A DNA stretch of 64,000 bases from Auanema rhodensis (taxonomy: Eukaryota; Animalia; Nematoda). Positions 36,570 through 50,142 of this stretch are shown here, piece after piece. The position numbers and the translations under genes are program-made. The stretch lies in the NCBI GenBank assembly GCA_964057225.1, contig OZ059898.1, forward strand, positions 6,138,001-6,202,000, written 5' to 3'. Below the pieces are notes generated by a model. It was not told the origin of the DNA, did no database searches, and worked only from the letters and a program-made list of their open reading frames with translations. How positions within the stretch are numbered: the stretch's first letter is position 1; every line of letters begins with the position of its first letter.

Positions 36570-39500
36570 ATGTCATTGAAAAGCTTTATTACGTCCGGAG
36601 TAAAAGATGTGTTGGTATGTTTGTATTTGATTTTTTGAGCATATATCATTGAGCAGTTATTGTGTGATAACCATAGCGTTTTCTTATCTAATATGAATCA
36701 CTGTTTTTGATATTTATCTTCGCTTTATAGGAGGGACAAGTGAATAAGTTGTTGAATAAAAATGGAGGGCAGAACAATTCTGCTGATAACCAGTCAACAC
36801 ATTCGTCCGTTCCACCAATGCAACCTCACGGATCTTATAATCAGAATTCTTATAATCAACCTGGTCAACCAGGCGGATATGGTTCTGGCTATCCTTCATA
36901 TCCTCCACAAAACTCGCAATCATCATATCCGGGAAATGAAATGCCAGGTAAATGCTTATATCACATGTTTTTTTTCTGTAATAATCGATCTATACAACTA
37001 ATCGATTTTATAAATTGTCATTATTTTCTTACATTCATGTTTTATATATCCAATTTTGGTATGAATAAGTGTCATGTATTATTCATTTTAAGGTGGTGGA
37101 GCTCCATATCCAAGATTTGATCAAGGCTCTGGTTACCCTGGGAGTGGGGCACCATACCCTGGTTCTGCAGGAGGTGTAGCTCCTCCAATTGGATTTATTG
37201 ATGGCGCCTCCAGTTATCCACAGCAAGTACCTTCATCACAAACTGGAGGTTTTCCATCACAAAACTATAATACTGGATATAATCCATATGGTGGCAATCC
37301 CTCAGTGCAGCCCCAGTATTATCCACAACAGCCAGGTCAACAATATTCACCACAATCAAGTAAGATATAACTTTTATGATTAAAACTTTTCTTACTTTAA
37401 AAACAAAATTAATTGTTATGGTTTTTTGTTATCAAACTATTACTTATTCATCTACCTTAAAGTTCAGTGAGAAGCGAAATTTTCAAATTGAAGTTGTCCA
37501 CCGTGGAAAACGTTGCATGTTGTTTGTTCTATCGATTCGTTTTTAATCTATTTTTGAACCACATACAAAAGAAAGCAGATAGTTGAAGAGAGAAAGAAAA
37601 CACATATATATATATAGAAAGAGAGAGAGAGAGAGAGAGATACATATTGAATAAGAAAAATGAAGATATAGAGAGAAAAGGAATGAAATGGGGATGAATA
37701 GAAGAAAAAAAAGAGTAAAAACATTAACAAGAAGTAAATGAATTCCTCGAGGTTATAGTGAAGATTTTTGATGTGATGTTCGCCGATTATCTTTCGCATT
37801 CTTCATATATACTCTTCCAACCATATTCTTCTCCCACAGCTTTTTTATTCTTTAGCCTATTTGTTATATTTGATTTATTTAAGTGATTTGAAAAGAGGCT
37901 AAACCACTGACACACTAATCTAAACCTTTATCCTATTCAATATCATTATTGCTGGTCTTTTTTTTTTGATCAAGTATATTAATGATGAAAACAAAATCAG
38001 CATTTCAATCAATATCTAGGTCTTCAAACCAGTTTTTAAAAAGACAGCAATCGTCTGTGGGAGGAGCATATAAAACTTTTTGAATCATTCCTTTAAACTT
38101 TAGAATAAAGAGAGGATAGAATAAGAGGGAGTAAGAGAAGATGACTGAGTAAGAGAGTTGTAGGATGCTATGGATGAGTGTTAGAATTTTTCTCCAATTT
38201 CATTCACGTCTTCATATCAAAGTCTTTTTACTGAACTTTTTGTCGCCATCTTCTTCCAAAAGCTACAGAAGCGCATTTTGGGTCAATACCATTATCATTA
38301 TCTAATTTAAAGAATAATTTCTTTTATAATCAATTGTTTTTGTTATTTGGATTTTTCGAATATGAAACTCATCTACATTTCATATGTTTCTTGTTATACT
38401 ATTATATAAAACATAGGTCATTTCTCTAATGTTTTTCATTGTTTTTCATTGTTTTTATTTCTTTTTTTTATATTTTCTTTTAACATTCAGCTTTTAATGT
38501 TTTCTTTTTGATTTTGTTTAAAATTTATTTGTTTCAGATATGATTGGTAATCCATCTGTTCGACCAACCAATCCTTTCAATGCTAATCAAGATGCTGAAG
38601 TTTTACGTAAAGCCATGAAGGGATTAGGATGCAATAACTCTAAAGTAAATATTTTCTTTATTCTTCAGTTTTGTCTCCCATTAAACTGAAAATAGAATAT
38701 TATTAAAATTATATATTTTATAGGTTATTTCCATTCTTTGTACAAGAACTAACATGCAACGTCAAGAAATTTCAAGAGCATTCAAAGTAATGTATGGAAA
38801 AGATCTCATTAAGGTTGTTTTCTAAACTGATTTATAAAATTAGTTTTTCGAATTCTTTAGGATTTACGCTCTGAACTTAGTGGAGATTTCGAAGATCTCA
38901 TCCTTGCTCTTATGGAGCCTCCAGCAATCTATGATGCTAAACAACTTAGAAAAGCAATGGAAGGTCTCGGAACTAAAGAATCAGTTCTCATCGAGATTAT
39001 GACTTCCCGAACAAATCAGCAAATTCATGAAGTACGAGCAGCATACAAGCAGCTTTACGGAAAAGAATTAGAAAACGAGTTGATTGGTGAAACCAGCGGT
39101 TGCTTCAAAGTATGTTGTTATAAATTTCTTTGAGATTATGTAATCATATTATCTATTTAGCGTCTTTTAATCTCGTTGTGTGCTGGAGGACGTGATGAAG
39201 GAAACCATGTAGATCCTCTCAGAGCCAACCAGGTATTATATTCAAAGTATAACATATAAAAATAAAATTGTGTATTATAGGATGCTCGTAAGCTCTACCA
39301 AGCTGGAGAACGAAGACTTGGAACAGATGAAAGCGCTTTCAACGCTATTCTTGCTAGTCAAAACTACCACCAGCTTCGTCTTGTGTTTGATGAATACCAA
39401 AAAGTATCTAATCATTCGATCGAGAAAGCTGTTGAATCCGAATTTTCTGGAGATATTCGTGATGGTTTATTAGCAGTATGTAACGTGGTTCGTTCTCGTC

Positions 39501-39842
39501 CAGCATACTTTGCCAAGCTTCTTAATGACAGCATGAAGGTAAGTACAATGATCAATTCCATCATTTTCTTTACTTTTTCTGTATTACATAACCATCTAAA
39601 TACATTTTTTTCAGGGATTCGGAACACGTGATGGAGATCTTATCCGTTTAGTTGTAACCAGATGTGAATACGACATGGCAGACATTCGTGATGCTTTCCA
39701 GGTGATTATACTAAATAAAATTAATTTATATTCGTCCAAATTGCTTTAGGCTATGTACAAAACTTCGCTTGAAAACATGATCAAGGGTGATTGTTCAGGA
39801 TCTTACAAGGATGGTCTCATTACTCTTGTTCGCGGAAATTAG
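36570..39842 (+). CDS. nex-2: Annexin (ANXA7/A11-like, with G/P/Y/Q-rich N-terminal tail and four annexin repeats)
   Basis: MSLKSFITSGVKDVL|EGQVNKLL..GYPSYPPQ..; core DAEVLRKAMKGLGCNNSKVISILCTRTNMQRQEI..YDAKQLRKAMEGLGTKESVLIEIMTSRTN..AGERRLGTDES..KGFGTRDGDLIRLVVTRCEYDM..KGDCSGSYKDGLITLVRGN, stop TAG 39840-39842. Confidence 0.93.
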
Positions 39843-40118
39843 AAATTGTTTCTAAAAATATGTTTAAAGAGCTTAAACACATGATATTACTGTGATTTTC
39901 ACTTGTGTAAAATAAATAATAACTCTTTTAGCAATTTCTTTTGTTAAAAAAATCGAAATAAAACAGAATAATCTTTATAAAATATAACAAATTTATATAT
40001 TATCTACTTTGAGCATTGTAAAAAATCTAAAAAAAAAGTATATTAGAGTATAATTAGCAATTATATTCTATAATTTATAATAATCTATAGCATTTTTTGT
40101 AAATCTAACAGCTTTTTT

Positions 40119-42927
40119 TTATAATGATCGTGTTGAAATCAATTTCAATAATAGATCGTCCAATTGCCAAAGATCAAAAAATTGGATTTTTTGATGACTT
40201 TCTAAACATTCCATTCCAACGGCCTATAAAATCACTTAGATGATTAATTTACAATAAAGGTGAAGAAAATGTGAAGTGAAGGAAGGTGAAAGATTGAGAG
40301 AAAATGATGAGAAATTTCATCATTCGCAGCACATCAATAATTTCAATAAAATGCTATCAACTTTACATAAAATAATGAAGACAGGTAGAATAACTTACAT
40401 AAACACTGCTCATTAATAAAACTAAATTTCCCATTCTTTCAGCTATTTCTTCATTTGTTGATGAATGAAGCATATAATGATGATGTAATGCTCGGAATAG
40501 CATATTAGTATGATTAATCATCAATTCTTTTATAGACATGGATATGTCAGAAGCACCTGAAGTTTAAAAATATGTTGCAAATATTTCTTTTTCCAGACTT
40601 ACTTGCACTTTTAAAGGAAATTAGAGCTTTGAGAAAAAGAAATTCCGTGAAAGATAGTTGTATAGCCTGCATCGGATAAGCTATCTCATTTACAACTCGA
40701 TTCAGTAATGGACGATATAATCTGAATAAAGTTTGTTATTAAACATTGAAATTACATAATTGTTTTTGCTATTTTTATGTTTCAAAATATTGAAAGAAAT
40801 TTATAAATTTCAGATAAAATTGAACTTTTTCTTCATTTCAGCTGAGATATAGTCGGCTTCATCTAACCAACCATCTTCTGAGTTCTCATCAATACCAACA
40901 TACATTCCATTAAACATCACAAATCTAAAATAAGTCAACAAACATCAAATGAATTCTCAATATCATAGTCATCTTCTATTTCGCATTTTAAAATGTCAAT
41001 TTCTTAACTAAAACCAAAAATTATAAAAGGTTTAAGAAAGACTTCCCTATCTGGTAATCCTAACCGGATTGTTAAATAAGCCGGATCCAAAATAGTATGA
41101 TATAAGATACATCGACGTAAGAAACATTTCTAAAATATAATTATATTATTATATAATTATATAATTATAATGAATACTTTATCCTGTGTTCCAAGTTTAG
41201 AAAAATGATGCCAACCTCTCATCCATTCATAAATTACAAGAATCTAGAAAACTAATAAAAAATAAAATAAATAAGCTATTACCTGAGCTCTTATGTCTTT
41301 TGAAATACCAGAAAAAGTTAAGACTTTAATATCTGACGCTTCATAAGGCTTAAAAGAAAAAAATGGTTAGACTATATAGAATTATGAAATTTAGTTACAA
41401 TGTCGTTTGTGGGAGAACAAGTTAATAGATTGGATATAGATGAATGACCACAATATAATATCTTTCGACGTTCATTATGAAGACGTTCCAGTAAAAGAAG
41501 ATCATCTAATACAGATTCTGGTGTATATCTGAAATATTCATCCCTTTTGATGAAATTGAAGTGGTAAAAGTACATTGGTGACGAATTTGGTGTTGACGTC
41601 GTTGCAGATGTATAGCTAGTTGAGGGTGATGGTGCATCTTCTGATACTGATGACGATAAATATGAATTATTCGAATAGTCATCAGGACTAACTGGTTGTG
41701 TTAAAACCTGTAATCTATGCAGTAAGCTTCATTATATTGTTTTAGTTCATCTTATAATTATAGTTTGTAATACCTCATTACCTGTGAGAGATTTGTTGTG
41801 CGTATAGGAAATGGTGCTGCGAATTGTGGATGATATAGAATCTTGCGTCGACCAGCATTACAGTCACGGCGAGGTTGTACAGCTACAAAATAGCTTAAGC
41901 TATTGATAAAAACAACCCGCAGCTTATACAACAGAAGATCATATAGTAATACCTTGACGTTCCATACCCATTGTTAAGCATTTTCGATAACGACATGATC
42001 TGCAGATCACTCTTAAAGCTAAAAAACATATTTTAAAAATGATATTATCAGAGATGGATATACCAAAATGAACTTTGCAATTATTGTTATTGCTACAAGT
42101 AAAGTGGCGACCAAGTGTAACTGTACGCCTTAAAGTAAGACATCCGTTAGTTTTTTTTTCGGTAAGCAAAAACAAGTCAGTCATAAATTTGTTTAGAGAA
42201 TTCATCGAACGAGCTTACCGGAAAAATGCTGCACACGCTGAGCACGAAGCAGCATTGAAATGATATCCATTTGAAGGAGCTCCACATATTGTGCAAATTC
42301 GAACATAGTTTGGAGTTTCGTTATCAATGTCGCTGTTACCTATATTTATAAAAAGTATTATGTAACATAGTTGTATCTTGAACTAATTTTTAATAATTTC
42401 TATATAAATTATTGAAATTAATCATTTAATTTTCTACAATAGAACTGAATTAAAGAAGCTTCTTAACCTCAATTTGTTCTGAATTATTTCTTTAGTTTCT
42501 AATACTCTCTCTAGTTTATCTACTCCTTTCATCCACTTGTCCTCTTCTTCGTTCTTTTTCTTTTCTCTTTTTCCTTTCTTCCGTTTCTTCTTCCTCTCTA
42601 TCTTCATCACGCTCACATGTACACTCACACCCACATTGACTAATATTCTCATTCTCCACCATCTCCTCCCCCTTTTTCTAACCCCACCCCTCTTTTTCAT
42701 TCTCGCTAGTCAGTCCCTCTTTTTTTCTCCCCCCCCCCCCCCCTATCTCATCAAGTTTCCTCGATGCGCTCTCTCAGTTTGCTTCCCTGTTTCTCTCTTT
42801 CATCTGGTTCCATAATTCCCCTCACATTCTCTCTCTTCATGTCTCTTTTTTCACACACACACACTCCTATTGTCTTCTCTATTTCTCTTTGTATTCTCTC
42901 TTTCTTCCACTCCTTTTACCTCTCTCT

Positions 42928-42981
<54 letters not shown>

Positions 42982-43432
42982 ACTTTCTCTCTCCCTCTAT
43001 TTCTTTCTCTTCTTTTTCGTTCTCTCTCTCACTATCTTTTTCCCTCCCTCTCCTTCTTTCTCTCTACTTTATCGCCCTCGTCTTCATTCCACATTTTCTC
43101 TCTCCCTCACAATGCTATTTTTCTCATCTCCCTCCATCTTCTTTAACCAATCCCTTTTCCATTCTCTGAATCATCTATTCCTTGTTTCCCTCCCTCTTTA
43201 TCTTTCCTTCCCTTTCTCTCACAACCTCTCTTTTCGTTTTCTTAATCTATTCCTTCTGCTACAACTGCGATGTGTACTCTGTTAGCAATCGTCTGTTCTT
43301 TTTTTTTGCTGTGTAGCTAATATCCTAATATAGCTAGCCAATAAGCTCATGAAGATCATTACCTTCATTAAACGATGATAGCTCAATACCACTGGTATTA
43401 TCAGAAGAATTGTGTCCATAGACAGAATGCAT
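40119..43432 (-). CDS. Nematode-expanded (HNF4-derived) nuclear hormone receptor with C4 zinc-finger DBD and LBD
   Basis: Exon 43363-43432 ([24 protein letters not shown]) is followed by [76 protein letters not shown]. The LBD ends [34 protein letters not shown]. The P-box CSACAA is typical of supplementary nematode NHRs. I did not assign an exact paralog. Confidence 0.9.
42530..43250 (+). repeat. Long polypyrimidine (TC-rich) tract including C15 (42729-42743) and (TC)n (about 42920-42976), inside NHR intron 1
   Basis: Strongly purine-depleted + strand; this is the source of the spurious Leu/Ser/Phe-rich ORFs. Confidence 0.85.
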
Positions 43433-43562
43433 CTTTGCGATTGTCTAACGTTGTGCTTTTAGTCCCTGTGCTCTTAGAGATGTCGATCTGGCTCTATTAA
43501 CTTCTTGTTGTCTCACTGCTTCTTCTCTCTCCCTCTCTCGATCTTTCTTTTTCTTTCTCACT

Positions 43563-43610
<48 letters not shown>

Positions 43611-45228
43611 CCTCCCTTCTTCTGTTCTTCACTTTCTTCCTTACAATCGCGTTCTATCGAACTCCTCAACTTCTACTACTCAGTTCGTTTCAAATTATAT
43701 GAATGACCACATTAGGCAAATCCAACTTGGCAATGCAAAACTGTTCTTCAAAATAAGCCTTAGAACTAAAATAAAGAATAAAGAAATAAAAAAAAACAGC
43801 AGAAACCAACTAAAAATAAACGAATACGAAGTGCAAGGAAAAGATTTTGAAAACTTAAAATAAATGAAGAAGCAAACGAATGATATAGGATTCCATCAGT
43901 TTTCTTCGGATAGTTTCAGACGAATTCCTCATAGCTGGCATGGAGACAACCTAGGCCTTTGCTCACTTGATTAAGAACAACAAGAGAAGCAGAGAAATAG
44001 AAAAATTAAATAAATATGTATCAGGATAGGCAGGGATGGTGAAATACAAAAAAGGAAAAAGAAAGGAACAAAAGAAACAGGATGGGAGAAAAGTAATAAA
44101 GACAAGAGAGAAGGGAGGCAAAAAGGTAACAAGGGTGAAAGAAGAGAGAGGGATTGAGAAACAAGAGAGAATAAGGCACAGAAAATAGAGAAGCATGTTA
44201 GGAAAGACAAAATTGAATTACTGTATAGGCTGATAAGAGAGCATGTTATCAGTTTCTTTATTTTAAGACTAGAATGCTCTCTTTGTCATTAAAAGTCTCT
44301 CATAGTCGCAGAGCCGATGTATTAGAAAGAACGTTTTGAATTGTACTACTTAAGATAGACTAGACAAAATGATTGTTTATAATATTTGATATATAAAAGA
44401 ACAAAAAGCATCTGACATCAACGTTTTATTGATAATTAGAATGTTGTATGATACGATACTAAGAAACATAACGTTCAATTAACAATACTTCATTTCTTAT
44501 AGAAGCTCAATTATCATGGCAGTATTATTTCCTTTATATAATAATATTTCCATAACTCTTTTAAACGTAAATAAACATATTTAGAAATGAGCATTTAGAG
44601 AATCATTAATAATAAGAAATTATTCGTTCTTTTATTTTATATTTTCGTTATTTCCCGCCTTTCAACATTATTTGAATAATTGTTAAAACATCTCGTTCTT
44701 TGAAAAAAGATTTAAAACTAATAATATAGTTCAATATTTAATAAGAATCTTCATGTAGACAATAGAAATATGACAAACAATAACAGTTAGGCAACCAGGA
44801 ACTTTTACATTTAAGAGAAGAGGAAGAAAAGAAAAAGCAAGGTTAACGGCGGCTTGGCTTCAACTTCAATTAAAAAATATTCTTCAATAAGTCTTTAGGT
44901 ATCTTCTACAAGGTTTCAACCAAAAATGTATACATATATGTGGATGTGTGAATATATATAGAGAGAAAGAGAGAGAGAGAATAGGAGTGTTTACATAAAA
45001 TGTATAATCATAGCTCCGAACATCCTGTACGATTTAGCGTGGCTATTAAGTACATTGTTTGTATGTTTTTTTTTCACACTGAGATCATATGTTAATTATG
45101 AAAAAAGGAAATAGAAGCGAAACAACAGAGGAATGAACCGGATGTAATTGCTTATCACATTTTTGATATGTCTAGGACATCAAACCGTATATCTGCTATC
45201 AGATTCTCGGACATAGCAAGGTTTTCCT

Positions 45229-48126
45229 CTAGCGATTGCTTTTCTCTGCCTGAAAATAAGACGAGGACGGTTATGGGCTTGTTTTCCAATCTACTTACTA
45301 CTGCTAATTTTTCCTGAAGTTCTAAAAACAAAGGCATGGCTGTGGGGTCATGAGCAACAATAAAACATCTAATCGTATTCATAGCAGAACATAACTGAAA
45401 GTTAAGAATATGATATCAGTTTAAAATAAATACAATCATACCTCTTTATTAGGAATTGGTAAAGCAGCACTTTTAATAATAGCGGCAATAAGACCATTTT
45501 CATCAACAGATGGTTGCTGAAAGATTTTAATAAATAATATAATATAAAACTATAGAAATACCTGAATAAAAGGTAAAGGATTGTTATTAACATTATTAAT
45601 AGAGCAATCATGATCATCTATTTGTTCACCAGAAGATGAGGGAAGAATACCGTTATGAGACGATCCTAAATCTAAAGAACGTAAATGTAACCGTAGAGAA
45701 AGATAAAAATGATTACTTGTCTCTAATTGGGGCCGGAAAAGGTTAGCTAAATCAAGAGGCTTAGTATTTGATATGGAAGCAACAGCCATTGGTAAAGCGG
45801 CTTTTTCAACACAGTTCAGCAAAGCTGCTGTCATCCCAGAAAAAAGAGCTAAAAAGACAAAGTTAATTAGGCTATCAAATCAGAGCTTACCGTCACTGGT
45901 TACTCCAGCATTTATTCCAGCTAAAGATAACTCTCCAGAGTGCTCGCGATCTTCTAATTCTAAGAACAGTTGATGAAAAACGATTTTAATGAAAATTAAA
46001 CATACGATCTTCTATATCATCAGCATCCATCCTATTATCATCAATATCCTCATCATAGTTAGCAGGAGATCCTGTCATTTGTTTAAGGTCGATCTTGTGT
46101 CTTCGTTTAAAAGCATCTAACCATCCCTCAGATCCTTTAAAATTATCAAGACCTAAAATTTCAAAATGCACAGATTTATATGAAAATGTGAACAATTATC
46201 AATTAATTAAATAACTTACCCAATTGGCGAGCAATAATCATAGCATGCTCTTTAAGCATTTTTCCATTTAGAGGAATACCATTATCAGCACAATCTTTGA
46301 AAAATCTCCACATAAGGATGTTCAGCCCAACAAACGATGTTCGGCGAACCTACAATATAATAGTAAACATATGGTTTTTCGAAACAAAACTTACTCGATT
46401 TTTCTTTTTTATTCCGTCTTTCATGATTCTTTGCTGTTCTACAAGCGCTTCAGCAATTGTTGCTGGAGTAAATTTATTTGATTCTTCGTTTTTGGCTTCT
46501 TCCATAAGAACCAATGCAGCCATTCGCTGAATATCCTCCCGATTGGCAATAATTTTATCAACCTGTAAAAAATCAATTTTCAAAAATTATAAAAAGAATA
46601 AATTAATAAGATAGGTATCAGAAGGATAATACGCATATCAAGTGTTCGTGAAGAAAATGGGGGATTACTCAAGGTACGTAAAAATAAAAGAAAAGGAGCG
46701 TATTAATTGATGATTTGAATCAAAATTTCAAAATTTCAAACACTAATTAGGATAAATTAGTGAGATTTCATAATATTTTTATAGAATATATACATCTTGA
46801 TAATCTATCTTACATTTTAGCTTTTTCCAATTTCTTTTCATCTTTTCCATTTAGAACATCAAAGATATGAAGAAAAGGAGATGAAAAAAAATGAAAAAAA
46901 AGAAAAGAGGGGAGAAGAAAGAAAGAGAGAAAGAAAGAGAGGACCGGCACCCAATAAACGCTTAGAAACACAAAGAGAAAAGAAGAAGGTAGAGAGGGAA
47001 AGAAGATGAAGAAAATGGGTGAACAGAAACAGTCAGAGACATACACATCACATCAGAGACAGCCTTTGCCTTTTTTGGTTGAAATTTCTAAGAGATGAAT
47101 ATACGACTACATAGTGGTATTACTTTAGAGACAAGAGAGAGAAAGAAAGAGAAAAATGGACTGGTCGGGAAACATTCGGAGGGAAATACTCTACGAAGAA
47201 AGACCGATAAAGCAAGAAGAAACAGATCAAGGAGGGAAAAAGAGTGTGTATGTATGTTGTTGAGTATACGAGAGATGGGAAGAAAAAAAAAGAGGGAATA
47301 AAAGGATGGAAAGAGGGCAAAGAGTGAACAGATAGATGAGACGCCCAGTCAATGCTAGAAGAGAAAGAAAGAGGGAAAAGGAGGAAAGGGAGATATGTGA
47401 AGAGAGAGAAAAGAAGAGAAAGAAGAAAAGAGGGCAGCAGAGAGAAACAGGGAAATAGGGGAGTAAGGAAGGGAGGCAGAGGGAAAGCGGGAGGGAGGGA
47501 GAGGGAGAGAAAGTGGGAGAGAGGGAGGGAAACAGAGAAAGAAGAAGGGAGGGTTCGTCAACTAAAAGAGATATGGAGAGAAGAAGAGAGGCTGCTGTGG
47601 ATCTGCTGCTAGTGACCCGCGCGGGTTGGTAAGGGGCCAGGAGGACGCTAACCTACCGTTGAGGACTTTATGTTGTATCTCATACAGATGAGCTCTCTAG
47701 AGATACCAGCATCAGAGTTAGTCAGAACGTAAAGCTTTTCTTTGGTGGAAAGTTCCCTGAAAATTGTATACTAGAGAAAAAGTTATTTTATTCAGCAGAA
47801 TGTTGTCTAACATTTTTCAAATTAAAGTATTTTCTCATTAAAAAAGAATCTGTGTGAGCAGATCATGCAAATATTATTTTGTTTTTTCCTAATAAACATA
47901 ATCTTTCGATTAATCGATTAATTTAGAAGAATGCGTCAAAAGTAAGAAAAATGAGAATAAAAGTGCAATTTTAAAACAAAGAAACAAAAATGGTTCATGC
48001 TTCCGTTAGGATTTTTCAATTAATTTCAAAGTTTGTAAATGTATTCAGAGAGAATAAGCAAAAAAATAAAAAATATTACCTTTCGTCAGTTTCCACGCGA
48101 TTCGTTTGTTGAAGTCCGCGAGAAGG
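45229..48126 (-). CDS. CENP-B/Tigger-like double HTH (psq-type plus CENPB-type) DNA-binding protein lacking a DDE domain; 5' end uncertain
   Basis: Exons 48080-48126, 47657-47756, 46395-46562 and further exons. psq-like HTH: RELSTKEKLYVLTNSDAGISRELICMRYNIKSSTVDKIIANREDI. CENPB HTH: GLNILMWRFFKDCADNGIPLNGKMLKEHAMIIARQLGLDNFKGSEGWLDAFKRRHKI. An acidic stretch follows. The probable last intron 45250-45298 gives ...QEKLAVAEKSNR-TAG. Confidence 0.85.
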
Positions 48127-49940
48127 CTGGAAGGAGGAGAAATAAATATAAACAACAAAATATAAGAACAAATATGTAGTTGTAAACAGTTAGTACATAT
48201 TTTAGAAGTAGGTTTTATTGAAAAAAAAAGTAAGATTACGGGTAGAAAGACGAGTGATATGGATGTGGGCGAGAATGAAAGAGAAGGGGAGAGAGAAAAG
48301 AAGGGAAGGGAACAGATAAATGGGGAGAGAAGAAGGAGAGAACAGCGACTCTCCTGTCTCTCTCTTTTCCCGCGTTCTCTCTCTCTTCTGTTTCTCTGTA
48401 TGTCAGTCTGTCTCTCTCTCCTTCTCTCTCTAACTCACTCACTCTTTCTTTGCTGGCGTGCTGCTGGGCTAGAGGGCAATGAAAGATGGTTAGAGAGAGA
48501 GGAAGAGAAAAAAGTAGGGAGGGAAAGAGATAGTGTGGGGGTGGTAAGAGAGAGAAAGAAGGGAGAGTAAGAGAATAAAGAAAGAAGAAGGAAGAGGAGA
48601 GAGAAAGATAAAGAGTGCGAAAATGAGAGAGAGAAAGTGGGGGGTCATGGAAAGAACAAGAAAGATAGCGCCAAGGAGGGAGAGATAGATAGAGAGAGAG
48701 GGAACGAAAGAAAAAGAGAAAAGAAGATATGTGAAACGCCAATATACAAAGAGGGCGTAGAGACAACATAGACAGAGGGAAGGACCTAGAGAGAGAGAGA
48801 GAAAGGCAGACACGAGAGAGAGAGGGGCATGTGAGAGAGAAAGAGAAAGAGAGGCGAGAGAACGCGTGGAACCGTGAGGACATAGAGGCCTGAGAGAGAG
48901 GGAACGATGGAGAAAGAGAGAGTTAGAGAGGGTGAGAAAGGGGAAAGAGCGATTGATCGTAGAAAATGCCCCTGACTCTCTCCTTCCCTCCTCTCTCTTT
49001 TTTTTCCAATATAGCAAGAAGGAACAGAGAAGAGTTTCAAATATATTTTAAAAAAGAAAACCTTTCTAAAGTTATGATGATACGAAGTAAACATAAAACG
49101 GACCACACACATAGCTAATTTTTAAGGAAATATGCTATTTTATGCGCGTGGTCAATGACTAATAGTTTTTATCCTCCTATGTATTACAAGAAGATGACAA
49201 TGATTTAATGAAAAATTTGACATTAGCGATGATTTCTTCTGCATAGCTCGGTATTATGACACAAGTTTTAAGTTTCATCAAAATATACATGGATCGTACC
49301 GTACACGAGTTTTTGTGGTCACAACTAACATTAAGTCTTGCCATGAGGCACACAAAATAAAGAGGTTGGGATTATAGAAGAAAAATGTAAGAAAGATAAC
49401 ACAACAAGCTAATTGGAACCGCGACACATAACAAGAGGAGAGCGCGTGTGTTTCTCTCCTTTTCTCCCTCTCACTCTGCGTCCATCTCCCTCTTTCTCTG
49501 CGTCAATTTCCCTCTCTTTATGTCTCATTCTCTCCCTCTTTATTTCTCTTTTAAATACACTATGTCTTTCCCCTTCTCTGGTTGCGTCTCTCTCTGACTC
49601 TGACTCCCTGCCTGCCTGTCAAACTCTCTCTTTGTCTGTCAATCTATCTCTGTCTGTCCCTCCTTCTCTCTTTCCCTCTTTCTTTCTTTCTCGCGCGCTC
49701 TCTCTACTATCTCTCTCTTTCCCTCTCTCTCATTCTTTGCGGCCGTCCTTTCCTCTCCCACCAATTTCATCTTTTCTCTCTTTCCCGCTCCCTCCCTATT
49801 TTTCTCCTTCATTCTCTCACCACTCTTCATTCTCTCTCTTTAAACATCCCTTCGATTTCTCTTTCCCTCTACCCCTTCTCTCACAATAACTGATCTTTCT
49901 GTATACCCTGCTCTTTCTACTCACCCTCTCTATCTTCTCT
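46860..49940. repeat. Series of GA-rich (46860-47600, 48250-48970) and TC-rich (49440-49940) low-complexity tracts
   Basis: Extreme purine/pyrimidine strand asymmetry, seen directly. Confidence 0.85.
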
Positions 49941-50142
49941 TTCTATGTGTATGGCTGGGGTTGGGGTTGTGGTTGGTATGTGATGTAGGTATGCGGATAG
50001 CTTTTTTTTCGAATAAAAAAAAACCATGATATTGTGAGCCAAATAAGATTGCAAAAATCTTCTCAAAACACTTACATTAGAAAGGTTTACGATTTCGTTG
50101 CCTCCATATGCAGTTCCCAAATATCTAAAAAAACTTAATGGG

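Noticed and set aside
42434-49893. Many Leu/Ser/Phe-rich or Arg/Glu-rich ORFs up to 215 aa in the ORF track
   Set aside because: They are translations of TC/GA low-complexity tracts, which lack stop codons by composition, and they lie inside introns or intergenic DNA.
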